This document shows positions 40,290-52,426 of a stretch of 64,000 nucleotides of DNA, piece after piece. This DNA is from Podarcis gaigeae (Eukaryota), in assembly GCA_964106915.2 (NCBI GenBank), contig OZ066922.1. One strand, 5' to 3'. The first letter of the stretch is position 1; each line of letters starts with the position of its first letter. The translations under genes and the position numbers were made by a program. The notes beneath the pieces were generated by a model, which was not told where the DNA came from, ran no database searches, and saw only the letters and a list, made by a program, of their open reading frames with translations.

Positions 40290-40345
40290 CCCCCGCCCCC
40301 TCTACTGCGGGTGTGGGGATTTATAGCAACTATTTAACACGTGAT
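40290..40345 (-). promoter_or_regulatory. GSX2: GSX2 core promoter (TATA box and E-box)
   Basis: Minus-strand TATAAA at 40320-40325 and palindromic CACGTG at 40338-40343, about 300 bp upstream of the ATG, at the edge of a CpG island. Confidence 0.6.
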
Positions 40346-43300
40346 GCCTGGAAATCGACGCGCATCTGAGGCTCCTTGGGCTTCCTATTTGGGACCCTTT
40401 TCAGGGGAGACGCTCTCCCCCCCACCACCACCGCCTGGGGAAAAAAAGAAGGCAGAGAAAGGAGGGGAGCTTGCTTGGCAAGAAGCGCGTGTGCGTTTCC
40501 TTCATTTCATAGGGACTTCAGGGCTGTCGGCTATTCTTCTTCTTGTTCCTCCTCCATCACCAGATTCAGTCGGCAGGCAAAAACAGCAAGTGCTTGGGCG
40601 CAAGTTACAAGTTTCCAGTTCGCAGCCCTAAAAAAAAAAAAGTCCGATTACCTCTGCGTCTTGGTGGGCCAACTTTGTTTCAACACAACAACCGTTATCT
40701 CCCTTATAGGACCCAGCGTTACATCTATTTGGTTCCCATTTTCACTCGTCCTTCATCTTCCATTCGCGTTTTGCTCTCTTTGAGCCCCTGTAAGCCCTCG
40801 CAGGTGTCCAAGGCAAGAGCTCCTGTCACTGCGACTGTCAGGTGCAACGGGACTGTTTCTCCAGAAGAGTCTCTTTTTCCAGGGGAGCAGTTAGGAAATG
40901 TTAGACGCTAGACTTAGTGGTCCAGCCTACCAGCATGACCACCCTGCCTTGAGATTTATGTTTTATTAGTTCAAAAGATGTTAGCCAGGAGCCCTGCTTT
41001 TGTTTGGGGCCCGTTCTGCTCCTTCTGCTGAGTGGGGCTCTGGGCTTCTGCCCCGGCTGGGCTACTGGAGGGGGCAGAATGGGAGGCAACGAGCTCGCCT
41101 TTTCTAGGGTTTTAACATAGAGCCCAGCTCCTGCGCAGCTCTCCTCTCCTGCGCTCTGCTCTGAGCATTGGCTCCCATGGACCCTAATGGAAGGCGCTTC
41201 TAACTGTTGCTTCATGTTCTTCGCTTCATAGTTTTGAGAACCGTGCCTTAACGATCCATACATACGTAGAAAGCTCTGGTATTACGATCCATACTTAACG
41301 TGGAAGAAAGCTCGTCTGAGCTCCGAGGGATTTGCTTCTCTATTAAACCGCATAGGATCGGGTTTGCTTGCTCAGTTAGCCGCTCTCGCGTTTCCACTGA
41401 ACACAGAATACTGTGTAAATGTAGCGATAACTTTTTGCTGCCATAACCCCAACTATGTAACTTCAAAATGCCGCCTTGCAGCAGCTCTTCCCTGCATAAT
41501 ATGAAGCTGGTTTTAGTATTTTAAACCCTTGCTTTCTAATTTTTAAACAAGGTCACTTTCGCACTTGCGCTCTCTGTGTGTGTGTGCTTGTTTGTATATT
41601 TATCCCCTCCTACTATGAGTCTGAATTGAATTTACTTCTCGGTCGTCCAAAATGCCAGTACTCCACCTGCCATTCTGTGCTATTTATGCCTGAGTACCTC
41701 TGACTGCAGTCCTATACACATTGTCCCATAAAATTCAGTGCGATTTACTTTCGAGTAAACGTGTATAGCAATATCCTTCTCTGCAACCATAAACCCTTTT
41801 ACTGCGGAATAAGTCTCACTGAGCAACCCTACGACTCCGAATAAGCTTGCATAGCATGGTCGTATAATGTATTAATAGTAGTTTGAGAAGCGAATTTGTA
41901 GCGTGAATGGGAGGAAGAAGATTACAGTGGAATAGAGAGCTTTCTTTTTAAAAGGAGCGCAACTCTTGCTGCAGACACCACCTGCTCTTCTTACGACTTA
42001 CACCCCAGCCACTTACGTCTCTTTCCTATTTTAGGTGCATTTAAAAAAGGGAGGGGGAGCTGATTCTATACATTTGGTGACATTCCACATGAAGACTACC
42101 CCCACATTGCTTTGCTTTAAATCCTCTGTAAAGTGATACTGGGAACCCGAGAGCCAAGTCATGCAATCCAACGCACACTTAACTCAGTGCGCGCAAGTGT
42201 CATTGAACTCAGTAGGAATTGGTGAACATTGTGCAGAAGTGATTTTGGTTGTAAGAGCGAGGCAGACTTGCGGCACGATCCTGTGAAATTCAGTTCCGGT
42301 CAAATGCGCCTACGATTGCAAACCAAGCCTACTTGTCTGGAGGAGAGTCCTATTGAAACTGAAGCTTCCTGCAGCGCATTCCTAACTGTCCAATCCTATG
42401 CGAGTTTCCTTTGGTAGTAATTCCCAGGGAGGTGTGCCTAAGACTGTAGCCTAAGGATCCTCAGTGAATTCAGTGGGACGCCTTATTCCCCCAGTCATTT
42501 AGGATTTCAGCCTTCCTTCAAAGTAAACCGCAAAGTTGGTTCTAGGAGGTTTTCTTTTAAAAGCAAGCAAGCAGTGGATTTTGTCAAATTGGCAATTAGT
42601 TCAAGGCACAAAGGCTTAAAACTCCTCTGGATGCTTCTGGGCCAAAACGGAAGACTTTCAAGTCAAACTTTGGCGATGGTTGCGGGGCTTCACTCCGAAG
42701 CCTTAATGCAAAGAGAAAACGCCGGCCGGAAGGATGCTTTGATCTCCACCAAGTTCGCCGAGGCGATCAGGCCGAGGGAAATTGGCTAAATGGCGAAAAG
42801 GCGCGCTCGCTGATTCCTGAGCATTTCAGATTTCATTAGAGGACAGCCAGAGACACTTCGCAGCATATTACGCGATTTCCCAATGACCTGTTTTATGGGA
42901 GTTTAAGAAGCGGCTTATAGAGTTAATGGAGGGGAGATTGCTGCAGCCTTCTTGAGGCGAGAGCTCCCCATCCATTTCCATTCAACCTGGGGTCGGCAGA
43001 AGTCGACAAATTGCTATTGAAAGCACTTATAAAACCATGAATATGTAACCCCCCACAACCCGAAGTGGAGTGGAGGAGAAACTATCGGACTGCAATCCTG
43101 TGCACACTTACTCAGGAGTCACTTCCACTGAATTCGGTCGCCATTTATCCGAGTACATAGAGGAAAGGATATCACGAGAGAGAAAGACGAAATCAGCTGT
43201 GTGTGTTTTGGAGACAACCGGAATCTTTAAAATGTGAATCACAAGACACTTAAACTAACACGGGTTGAAAAGACAGGTATAATCTCAACCTGTCTCCTAG

Positions 43301-44250
43301 TTTAAGCAGACGTGATTCCTTTCTCCCACCCCATCGCTTAAAAATTGGTATGGATTTCACTCAGTAGCGCAATCCTATACAGTACATACCTATATACAAT
43401 GGGACTTACCTCCCACGTAAGTACTATAAGGACTACAGCCTCAGGGACTCAAAGAGCTTTTCAGAGGGGTTGACAAAAACGTAATTAACCTAACTTAGGG
43501 TCCGTCTTTTTTCCATCTGGGTCGTTGTTCTGGACTGGTGGTGGATCCATTAAGTTCGATGGCAGCTCAGCATCCATACCAGCCGATTCCTCCTCCCTTG
43601 CGAGGTGGGTCCACGGATCTTCCATGCTCAACCTTTCCTCCCACTCCAGACAATAACGGATTCTTCGGTTGTATTCAAGCCTAAGGAAGAGAAGAGAACT
43701 CGCAGCCACCGGTACAACATGCAATGGGCAGTGCAATCCTATGCAACAGGCTTTGCATCCAAGGCGTGGGATAGCAACCCAAGCAGCGAAAACCCTCAGC
43801 AAAGATTCTTGTGGCACTCACATATTCATATTGAGTTTTCGTGAACTAGAGTCCGCATCTTCAGGTACATGGAATTGTATCCTCTCTTGGAAGGTATAGT
43901 AGGGGACAGGAAGGTAAGAGGTAAACCTATGAGGTCCGTCGATGACATTGACGTGTACAATGAAGGGACCAGTTGCTTTGACAGAAAGACTTAAAGAGAA
44001 GACACGATGCGCTTACTGGGTGAGGAAAAAGCTGGCATTTCTGCAGGTCGATTTCTTCAGCTCTTCTCAAATTTCTCTTTATACCCATCTCTTAAATTTG
44101 CAGCAAAATCAGCGAAGAATCTTGTGGCAGTTTAGGAACGAACCAATGTATTATGGTGTAGGATTTCGTGGATTATAGACTATACAGTAGTCCACTTTTA
44201 TCAGTAGCATGCAAATGTTATTCTCTCCCTCCAGTCCCGTTATGTGTGTG

Positions 44251-44254
<4 letters not shown>

Positions 44255-44322
<68 letters not shown>
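44255..44322. repeat. Compound (CA)n(GA)n microsatellite
   Basis: Read directly from the sequence. Confidence 0.95.
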
Positions 44323-44326
<4 letters not shown>

Positions 44327-46473
44327 TGTAGCTCAGAATAACAGTCCATACATCTGATAAATTGACTGCAGTTGACTACAGTTTATGCCACCATAACGCT
44401 GTGGTTCATCTTTCAGGTGCGCCATTTTTGTTGAAACCACGTTACTGTCTGGCTACTGTGAATGGGATCAAATGATATATGGGCTATCTGGATTTTAACA
44501 CCACCCCAACCTTAAGTAATATCCCCGCACAACACAGGGCTAACAAAAGGCCGCTCCGGTTACCCCCTTCCCCAACGTGGCGCCCGCCAGATCTTTTTGG
44601 AGCCCCAGCCCCAGCCAGCCTGGCCGATGGATCAGGGATTATGGGAGTTGTATTCCGAAAGATCCCGAGGGCGCCACGTTGGGGGCGGCAACTCTATGGA
44701 TTAGGCTCGTCCCTGTCTGGAAGCTGCGATGGCCACCTCTGCGGCCGTCGGCGTGCCTTGCTTGCTTGCCGTCGCGTCGTCTCAAGGGAAGGATCGCCGG
44801 GTCGTCGGGAGTCTACTTCCTCGTCTGAGGAGGATTTATGGGTGGCAATTAAAGTTTTATGAATTGCAGCTGAGACCCGCGATGCCGCTATTCGAATGCG
44901 ATTAGGATTCAATTAGAAAGTGTTTACTGGACGGTGGGGTCTCTGGAGGGTAAACAGGCAGCTATTCCAGAAATGTGCTAATCCAAGGTCTTGTGACAAC
45001 AATTAGGCAACCAAGGGAGAGGCAGGTCAGCGCTACCGAGGCCTTGCTGCTGCTGCTGCTGCTGCTGCTGGCGGCGGCGGCGGCGGTGGTGGTGGAAAGA
45101 GCAAAAGAAAACAGGAGTTTACTGGACAAGAACGTGGCATTTCCAAAGAGGGCAAGAGAGACAAGCCTCAGACAAAGTTTCTTTCGAGCTGTCGTCCGAT
45201 CCTTGGGAGGAAAGTCCATTGGGTAAAAGGGGACTCTGTTCCCAGCAGCGCACAGCGGATTGCCACCTGATTTTAGTCCTTGGTCAAGGTTCCTGGTCCT
45301 CCTTTAAGGACCCTTTGCAGTGGATTGTTCCGGGAGGGATGCTTGCGGCTCTCCGGATGCTGCTGGACTCTTTGGAGTCATTTATGCGTGTTTGCTTTTC
45401 TAGCCAGCCTTTCTACTAAGGATGTGCCTGCAGGCGACTCCCCCTTCTCAAGAATGCCCCCACAACAACCCTGGGAGGGGGGGAGTTGGTGGCTGGCCCA
45501 AGGTCACCCGGTGAGCTTCGAGGTCAAGTTGGGATTCGAACTCGGGTCCACAGGGTCCTAGTCCAACACGCTAACTAACCTCGACAACTCGAGGTTGCTC
45601 ACCACCCTCTGTCCAGACCTCTGCATAAGCACATTTGTGCTTGGAAATCGCTAAAATTACGTCTAATCTCAGACACATTTTCTGTAGGGAGGAAGGCTGC
45701 AATGCAATCCTAAGTATCCTTCCTAGTAGTGAGCAAGCCCCATTGAACACAGTAAACGTCAGAGTAAACATGCAAAGAATGGTGCCCTTTCACAAATGTA
45801 GGTCTGGACTGCGAAGTGCATTCCGTGGAACCAACTCATTTGAGGGGAGTGGGGTTTACCTTTCAGAAAACATGACAAGGATAGCCTTGGTTGGTTGGTT
45901 GGTTGGTTGGTTGGTTGGTTATTGTGGTTGTTGTTGTTACCCCACCCATCTGGCTGGGCCTCCCCAGCCACTCTGAGGACCTCCAGCAAAATACAAAAAC
46001 ATAATAAAACTTAAAACATTAAAAAACTTCCGAATACAGGGCTGCCTTCAGATGTCTTTTAAAAGTTGTGTAGTTCTTTATCTCCTTGACATCTGATGGG
46101 AGGGCGTTCCAACCAGAAGCTGAAATCCAACCAGTTGAATGGGTGTTAGGCTGCAGACACGCCTTACATTTAATACACATGACTTCACCACCCCAAATCC
46201 TGGGAACTGTAGTTCACAAACCCCACACAGAACTACATTTTCCAGCACCCTTCATCTCAGAATTCTTTGTGAGTAATGATGTACTTTAAATGTGCTGTGC
46301 CCCCAGTCTTATGTCACACCCATACGGTACATGTAAAGCACTATTATAACTCTCAGACAGTTGTGGAAAATCCCGGGGAACTGTAGCTGAGGGTGCTGGG
46401 AATTGCAGCTCTGTGAGGTCAGCACCCTGAACAAACTACAATTCCCAGAATTCTCCATGAACATGGCATGAGA

Positions 46474-46569
46474 AAAAACAAAAAAAATCCTTCCAGTAGC
46501 ACCTTAAAGACCAACTAAGTTAGTTCTTGGTATGAGCTTTCGTGTGCATGCACACTTCTTCAGATACAC
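46474..46569 (-). mobile_element. Minimal Penelope-like insert carrying an intact hammerhead motif
   Basis: 96-bp insert between 13-bp duplications acatggcatgaga (46461-46473 and 46570-46582). Confidence 0.8.
46530..46567 (-). ncRNA. Minimal type I hammerhead ribozyme motif (PLE-type)
   Basis: GUAU-CUGAAGA-A-GUGUGCAUGCACAC-GAAA-GCUC-AUAC: conserved core boxes, palindromic stem II, palindromic AGCU helix III, stem I GUAU/AUAC. Confidence 0.7.
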
Positions 46570-47709
46570 ACATGGCATGAGAGTGCTTTAAAAGTATGTT
46601 GTGGATTAGTCTCGACTAATTATATTTAGGGAACTTGGGCGGTCTGATATATAAGCCGAGAAGAGGTGAAGTCTCTCCAATGTTTTGCTCATTAATAGGG
46701 GAAGCGGAGGATGTGATTTGCCACTTCACTGTCTTCCAATGTGGTAAAGAAGGCAGCGGTGTTTCAATGGGGCTTGTGTGAAAGAATTTATTGTTGGACC
46801 GTGAAACTAGCACAGGCGCACTCAAGTTCCCTTGAAACCAGTGGGGATTAAGAGTAGGTATAGGGGGGCTGGATAGTACAAGACAGGTAAACTTGTTTTT
46901 AGTAGGCACACACACCTGCATTTAGGAGGCTTTTTAGGAAATTCCAGTTCTTTCAGGTAAACTTCTCAAAACTGTATCCAATTAGGGCATGCCTGCGTGA
47001 ATGAACGACTGCAAGCCATTTTTGCACAACCTCCTTCATTGGCCAGAAAACTAGAGCTTGTGAACTCCTGGATGGAAATACTGCTTGCGCGTTTCAGCGT
47101 ACGACCCGATTCAGTGACTCCATTAGCCACGACTAAGAGTTGACTAGAAACTTAGTATTATTGAGAACATTATTTGAAAGTATGCACGTGGGGACCAGGT
47201 TTCCTGCAGCTCTGGTTTTAGATGAAAGCAGGTCCCATGGATTCCAGATACAGCAGCCAACTTTGCCGCTCTCCTAGCTGAGCTCCTGCGCTTTCGACGC
47301 CCTCAGTCTCAAAAACTCGACGTAGAGAGACGGGTTCGACTGTTCCGTTTCTGCACAAGAGCAGCTCCAGCTAAGGAGCTGACAACCCTACTTCTACCCT
47401 GGGCCTCACTTCGAAACAGACGCCTTGGGTGCAGCCTTTAGAGAGGAACTTGGATATGGGAACTACGTCCGTGTAAGAAGCGAATTCGAGGGTGTGTGAT
47501 CAGGCTGCTGGCCTTGGGCTGCCTGGAAATGCCCTCCTGCTCGAAGGCAGCAAGAATCCCGATCAGCATTTGAACCTGTAATTGTTCTAACAAACCGAGT
47601 GCAGTGAGAAGGGGAGACGAGAGAGCAAATAAAAACACAGCGATTTGAAAAGCAAAGATATCCCAACCCAGGCGGAATGAATGCAAGGCGTGCGCCCGCA
47701 TCACATCGA

Positions 47710-47945
47710 CCTCGTTACAATTTTATTTTTCAATAATTCTGTCCGATAAAATTTCATTGTCCATTAAGTAATCCCCGAAATGAGAGCTCTTATGAGCCTA
47801 TAATGAGCTCTAATTGCCACGACTAGTCGAGCCACGTGGAAGGATTTAGAAGGTATTAAGCGGTTGGGTACAGAGCGCGGGCTGTTACCTTGCCATTACT
47901 TTCATAATTCAAGGAGAAAATTAGTCCTTTTAAGGGAAAATCCTT
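47710..47945. promoter_or_regulatory. Candidate conserved GSX2 upstream enhancer
   Basis: Repeat-free AT-rich block within CpG-rich DNA; dense TAAT/ATTA sites, TAATCC at 47769 and CACGTG at 47833. Confidence 0.55.
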
Positions 47946-49652
47946 TGATTCCCTTCATTCTGCTCGGGGTGACAGAGTATAGCTTTGTCTGCTTTTAGTT
48001 CAAGACAGTGTAACAAATGGGAATGTAACAAAATTGCCCCCTTTTAAAAAACTTTTTTTTTAAGCCAGTGCTGTTCAAAAAGAACATCAGAGACGACAAC
48101 GCGCACACGCACACGCACACGCACACACCCCTCTGCCTTTCTTCCCTGCAACTTTTAGGATTGGAAACGTGTGTATTCCTAGTCGTGTTTTGCTATCAAA
48201 CAATGGAAGCTTGGTTTGGGTTTGCGTTTTATTTTATTTTATTTTTAAGTGTCCAAAATACACCGCCTCTAATGCATAAAGAAAGAAATCTGAAACCCAG
48301 TTTACAAGTGTATCTGCTTATCACGGCGCTTCTCAAAGCGATCGGAGCAACAACATAACTCTGGGCTAGTAGCTCACTTGAATGAAACAAGGCTTTTCTC
48401 GAAGCAAGTATACAGTCCTAAACGCACGTAGTGGACAGGATTAAGGACCATTGAACTCAATGGTGCTTACTTCTGAATGAATAAACATACGTAGGAGATT
48501 CCTGTCCATGGGCTGACGAGTGGCAAGCAACATGATCCTGGATTTAGTCTTCCAGAAGAATTCCCGAAGCCCATGGGATTAAGCTGGAGCAACCGTGTCT
48601 CCCTTCCCCACGACGCTGGAGGTCCGAATCATGCCTGTTCAGAAGTAAAATACTCTGAGATCCAACAGGCCTTTCCCTGGTGAATTTGTAGAGGATGGCA
48701 GTATTGTGCATAAATATTCAATGGGGTTTCGAGCGAGCATAGATTAATAGCTCCCCCCTTGATCGCGGTTGCAATTTACTTCCGAGTAAGAGGGCTATTC
48801 TTTCTTTGTAAGGTTTGGATACCCCAACCCGCTGCCAATCTTTTCAAATCATTGATACTCAAAATACCAAATACCCTTCTTCCTCTGTTTAGTTTCCAAG
48901 TCCTACTTGTGGGATCGATCCTCGCTATAGAAGTTCCCTTGTGGTCCCGTTGAACCCAACCTGTTAGGCTCTCCATCGCCTTAGAGGCGCATCTAACTCT
49001 GCATTTGAGAAAACCACAGAATGCAGAATAGGACTTAACTTCCCACTATGCGCACTTAAGACTCTCTGGGTGGGTGTCTCCCTTTTAGAGTTGGCGAGGA
49101 GTTTTTGAAAGTCCAGGGAACTACCTCGGATCCTTTTCTGGTTTGAGGGCGAGGGAGATTTCTAACGTCACCCGAAGGATTTCAGTCAGTGACTTCGCGA
49201 AACTCTTCAGTTTCCAAATGCAAAGTGTGCGCTCATCTCAGTCCCGGAAACCCAAGCTGCTCTCTAGGCAAAACCTGATGCGCCCTACCCACCATGGCTC
49301 GCTGGTTTGGAACGGCAAAGAGGACCATCGCGTGAGCGCCAAAAGAATCTAAGCTTTCCTTTTCACGTTATCTTTCGTTTTCCTCGAAAAGTTCCCAAAG
49401 CAAGCGCTGGGGTGTGTGTGTGTGTGTGTGTGTGTAAGCAAAGGCAAACAGAAGCCGGGGCTTGCCCCAGCTCCCCTTAATGAGGCCATTCTAAAAGCGT
49501 GAACAAGCCTATGAATGTTTTATTGAAAGCGCATCGTTAACTTGTATCCATCCTTTTTCTCCCGAGCGTGGCATTGTGATATTCCTGCCTGTGGCACATC
49601 TTACCCAATATAGCCCCAGATCTCTCCATTCTCCGTAACCAAGCAACACTTT

Positions 49653-49826
49653 NNNNNNNNNNNNNNNNNNNNNNNNNNNNNNNNNNNNNNNNNNNNNNNN
49701 NNNNNNNNNNNNNNNNNNNNNNNNNNNNNNNNNNNNNNNNNNNNNNNNNNNNNNNNNNNNNNNNNNNNNNNNNNNNNNNNNNNNNNNNNNNNNNNNNNNN
49801 NNNNNNNNNNNNNNNNNNNNNNNNNN
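49653..49826. other. Assembly gap (N run)
   Basis: 174 consecutive N. Confidence 1.
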
Positions 49827-50510
49827 CTCTCTTTTCAAAGTCTTCTCTCTCCCCCCCCACCTGCCCCCACCTCCCAACATTTGAATAATCATAAATTTTG
49901 ACTTCATAGAGAAGCAACATTTTTAGAGGCTGAGAGGTACAAGACCGTCATCCCAGAGGAAAGAGTTGGTTAGTTTAATGTTGCCAAGGATTTGGGCTGG
50001 GAGCGGGGGCGGGGGGGAAGAATTCTAATCTCTGCCCCCTTTTATTTTCCTTTGCACCCCAGTTTCCCCCCTCCATTTCTCCTGGTTCACTTCTGGAAAC
50101 TCTAAACTCTGTCTCTCTCTCTCTCTCACGGAAATTGTAGCGAATTGTCCCAGTGGGTTCAAGCAAGCGTGGGAGTTTCAACAGCTCCGCTGTCCATTTC
50201 ATTCGCAGCCCTTGATGCAGAAGCCGAGCGTTTTGTCGATCAGACCGAAGAGACAATCTTGGGGCGTAACGCGCTTTGTAGCACATCAAAAGGCCCACTG
50301 CATTAGAGGAACTAAGAAGTTCATTCAGCAGAAAGCGGAGCAAGAGGTCCTCCTCCCCCATCTTTCCCCCCTTATTATTATTTTCAAAAAAAAAAGACTT
50401 TGTAAAGATCCTGATTGTTAGTAAGGATGGGTTGCTGGAGGTGGGTGGAAAAACAAGTTTTCTGCCCACCGCACCATAAAGAGACAACATGCATCAACAC
50501 TTCTCTCTCT

Positions 50511-50554
<44 letters not shown>

Positions 50555-50921
50555 AGGGCTTTCCAAACTTAATCTACATGAATGCAAACGTACGGCCTTC
50601 CAGAGCTAATCGGACTCCATTTCCCATCATCCCCTGCCAGCATGGCCAACGATCAGGGATGATGGGAGGTGTAGTCCAAAATCATTGAGCAGGCCACAGG
50701 TTCCCCTTGCTAAGATGTATAAGACTGAATCAGATAAGTGCTGGAGATGCAATGAGACTTGAGGGTACATTCTATCATATGTTGTGGAGCTGTAAAAGGG
50801 TAAAAGAGAATTGGGAAATAATTCATAATAAATTGAAAAAAGTACTTTCCCCAAAAAAACCAGAGAGGCGTTTTTGTTGGGGATAATTCAGACAGAAATT
50901 CCCAGGTGTCAAAAACGGTTC

Positions 50922-51163
50922 AAGTGGTACCTTGGGTTAAGTACTTAATTTGTTCCGGAGGTCAGTTCTGAACCTGTAACTGTTCTTTACCTGAGGTACC
51001 ACTTTAGCTAATGGGGCCTCCTGCTGCCGCCGCACTGCCGCTGCACAATTTCTGTTCTTATCCTGAAGCAAAGTTCTTAACCTGAGGTACTATTTCTGGG
51101 TTAGTGGAGTCTGTAACTTGAAGTGTTTGTAACCTGAAGCATCTGTAACCCGAGGTACCACTG
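50922..51163. mobile_element. Tc1/mariner-type MITE (cagtggtacct family)
   Basis: TIRs agtggtacct...aggtaccactg; the same family occurs at 52378-53846 and 59580-59796. Confidence 0.8.
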
Positions 51164-51294
51164 TATTTATGTATGCCACTACTGCAGCCCATGTTTCATT
51201 AGCCCAAAATGGAAAACAAGCGAGGTCCCAACCAAAGAAGAGTGGCAGCTTAAGTTGACAGAATATGCACAGTTTACAGATTTAACATATAGAA

Positions 51295-51580
51295 TAAGAG
51301 AACAAGAAGAACATACATTTAAAGAAGATTGAAAAATGTTTATTGAATATATGGGAGGAAATTGTGTGCACTTGAAAACGTGGGCAGCATAAAGATAAAT
51401 TCAACAGTGTAAATAAGTTTTGATGGATGTAATAATGGAATACTGAATGGTTTAGTTTATATAAAATATGCATATGTTATGCAAAATGAACCATGGAAAG
51501 AGAAGAAGGGAAGTCAATGATATTTTAAGTTTGTTTAAATGAATATTCTAAAATGTAAAGCAGAAAATTAAATAAAAGTT
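51295..51580 (+). mobile_element. Old L1 3' fragment
   Basis: Decayed ORF2 end (F.ED*KMFIEY) plus AT-rich 3'UTR ending in AATAAA; similar relics at about 4340-4760 and 55870-56390. Confidence 0.55.
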
Positions 51581-52426
51581 ATGGAGGAAGAAGGGGGGCA
51601 CAGGTTCCCCACCCCCATCCACTTATCCCCTGGGGAAAATAGCTACAAAAATGGAACTGGAGAACTGTGCCCAAACTAACAAATTGAATAGGGACAAATG
51701 TAAGGTTCTGCAGAACCAGCTGCACAAATATAAGACGGTGGGGCACCTGGCTTACTAGTAGTACATGTGGAAAGGATCTAGGGGTCTGTGTGGATCACAA
51801 ACTTAATGAGTTAACTGTGTGATACAGCAGCAAAAACAAAAAAAAGGAAATGCCAGTCTAGGTAGTGCAAGAATGCCATTTTGCGCAAGCGCACAGGGAG
51901 GGGAGAGGGAAGACAAGCCAGTGGTGTTCTGCTGTGTGCATGCCTACTCAATTTATTTATTTGCAGTTTAGAATGCACCAGCAGCCATGGGCATAGCCAA
52001 GGGGGACCAGCAGTGGCGTAGCTAGCCAGGGGGCAGGGCAAGCTGTCCATGGGGCACGGCGAACCAGGCAGGGCACGCTGAGCGGAGCCAAAGCCTGCTT
52101 GGCATCTGCTCTGCCTGCATCAGCTGCTGGGCAGCTGAGGGGGAGGCGGTGGGTGGACGCAAGCCCCAGGCCTCCTTTTCGGGTGGTGCGGTCCCTGCAG
52201 GCACCTGAGCTACTGTGTCACTCCGAGGAGAGATCCGTGGCTCGGGAGCACTACAGGCCCCCCAGGGTAAGTGCCACCCATATTGTGAGTGGCCTCCCAG
52301 TGCCCCCCCCTGCAGCCCCCTAGCTATGCTAGTGAGGGGCAGGGGGTGGCTACTTCCCAAATCAATAAAAATCAATACAGAGGTACCTCAGGTTAAGAAC
52401 TTAATTCGTTCTGGAGGTCCATTCTT

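Larger units (their letters stand above)
39280..40500. promoter_or_regulatory. GSX2 exon 1/promoter CpG island
   Basis: Very GC- and CpG-rich sequence covering exon 1 and the 5'UTR. Confidence 0.85.

Noticed and set aside
49509-49920. ORFs containing X runs
   Set aside because: They span the assembly gap.
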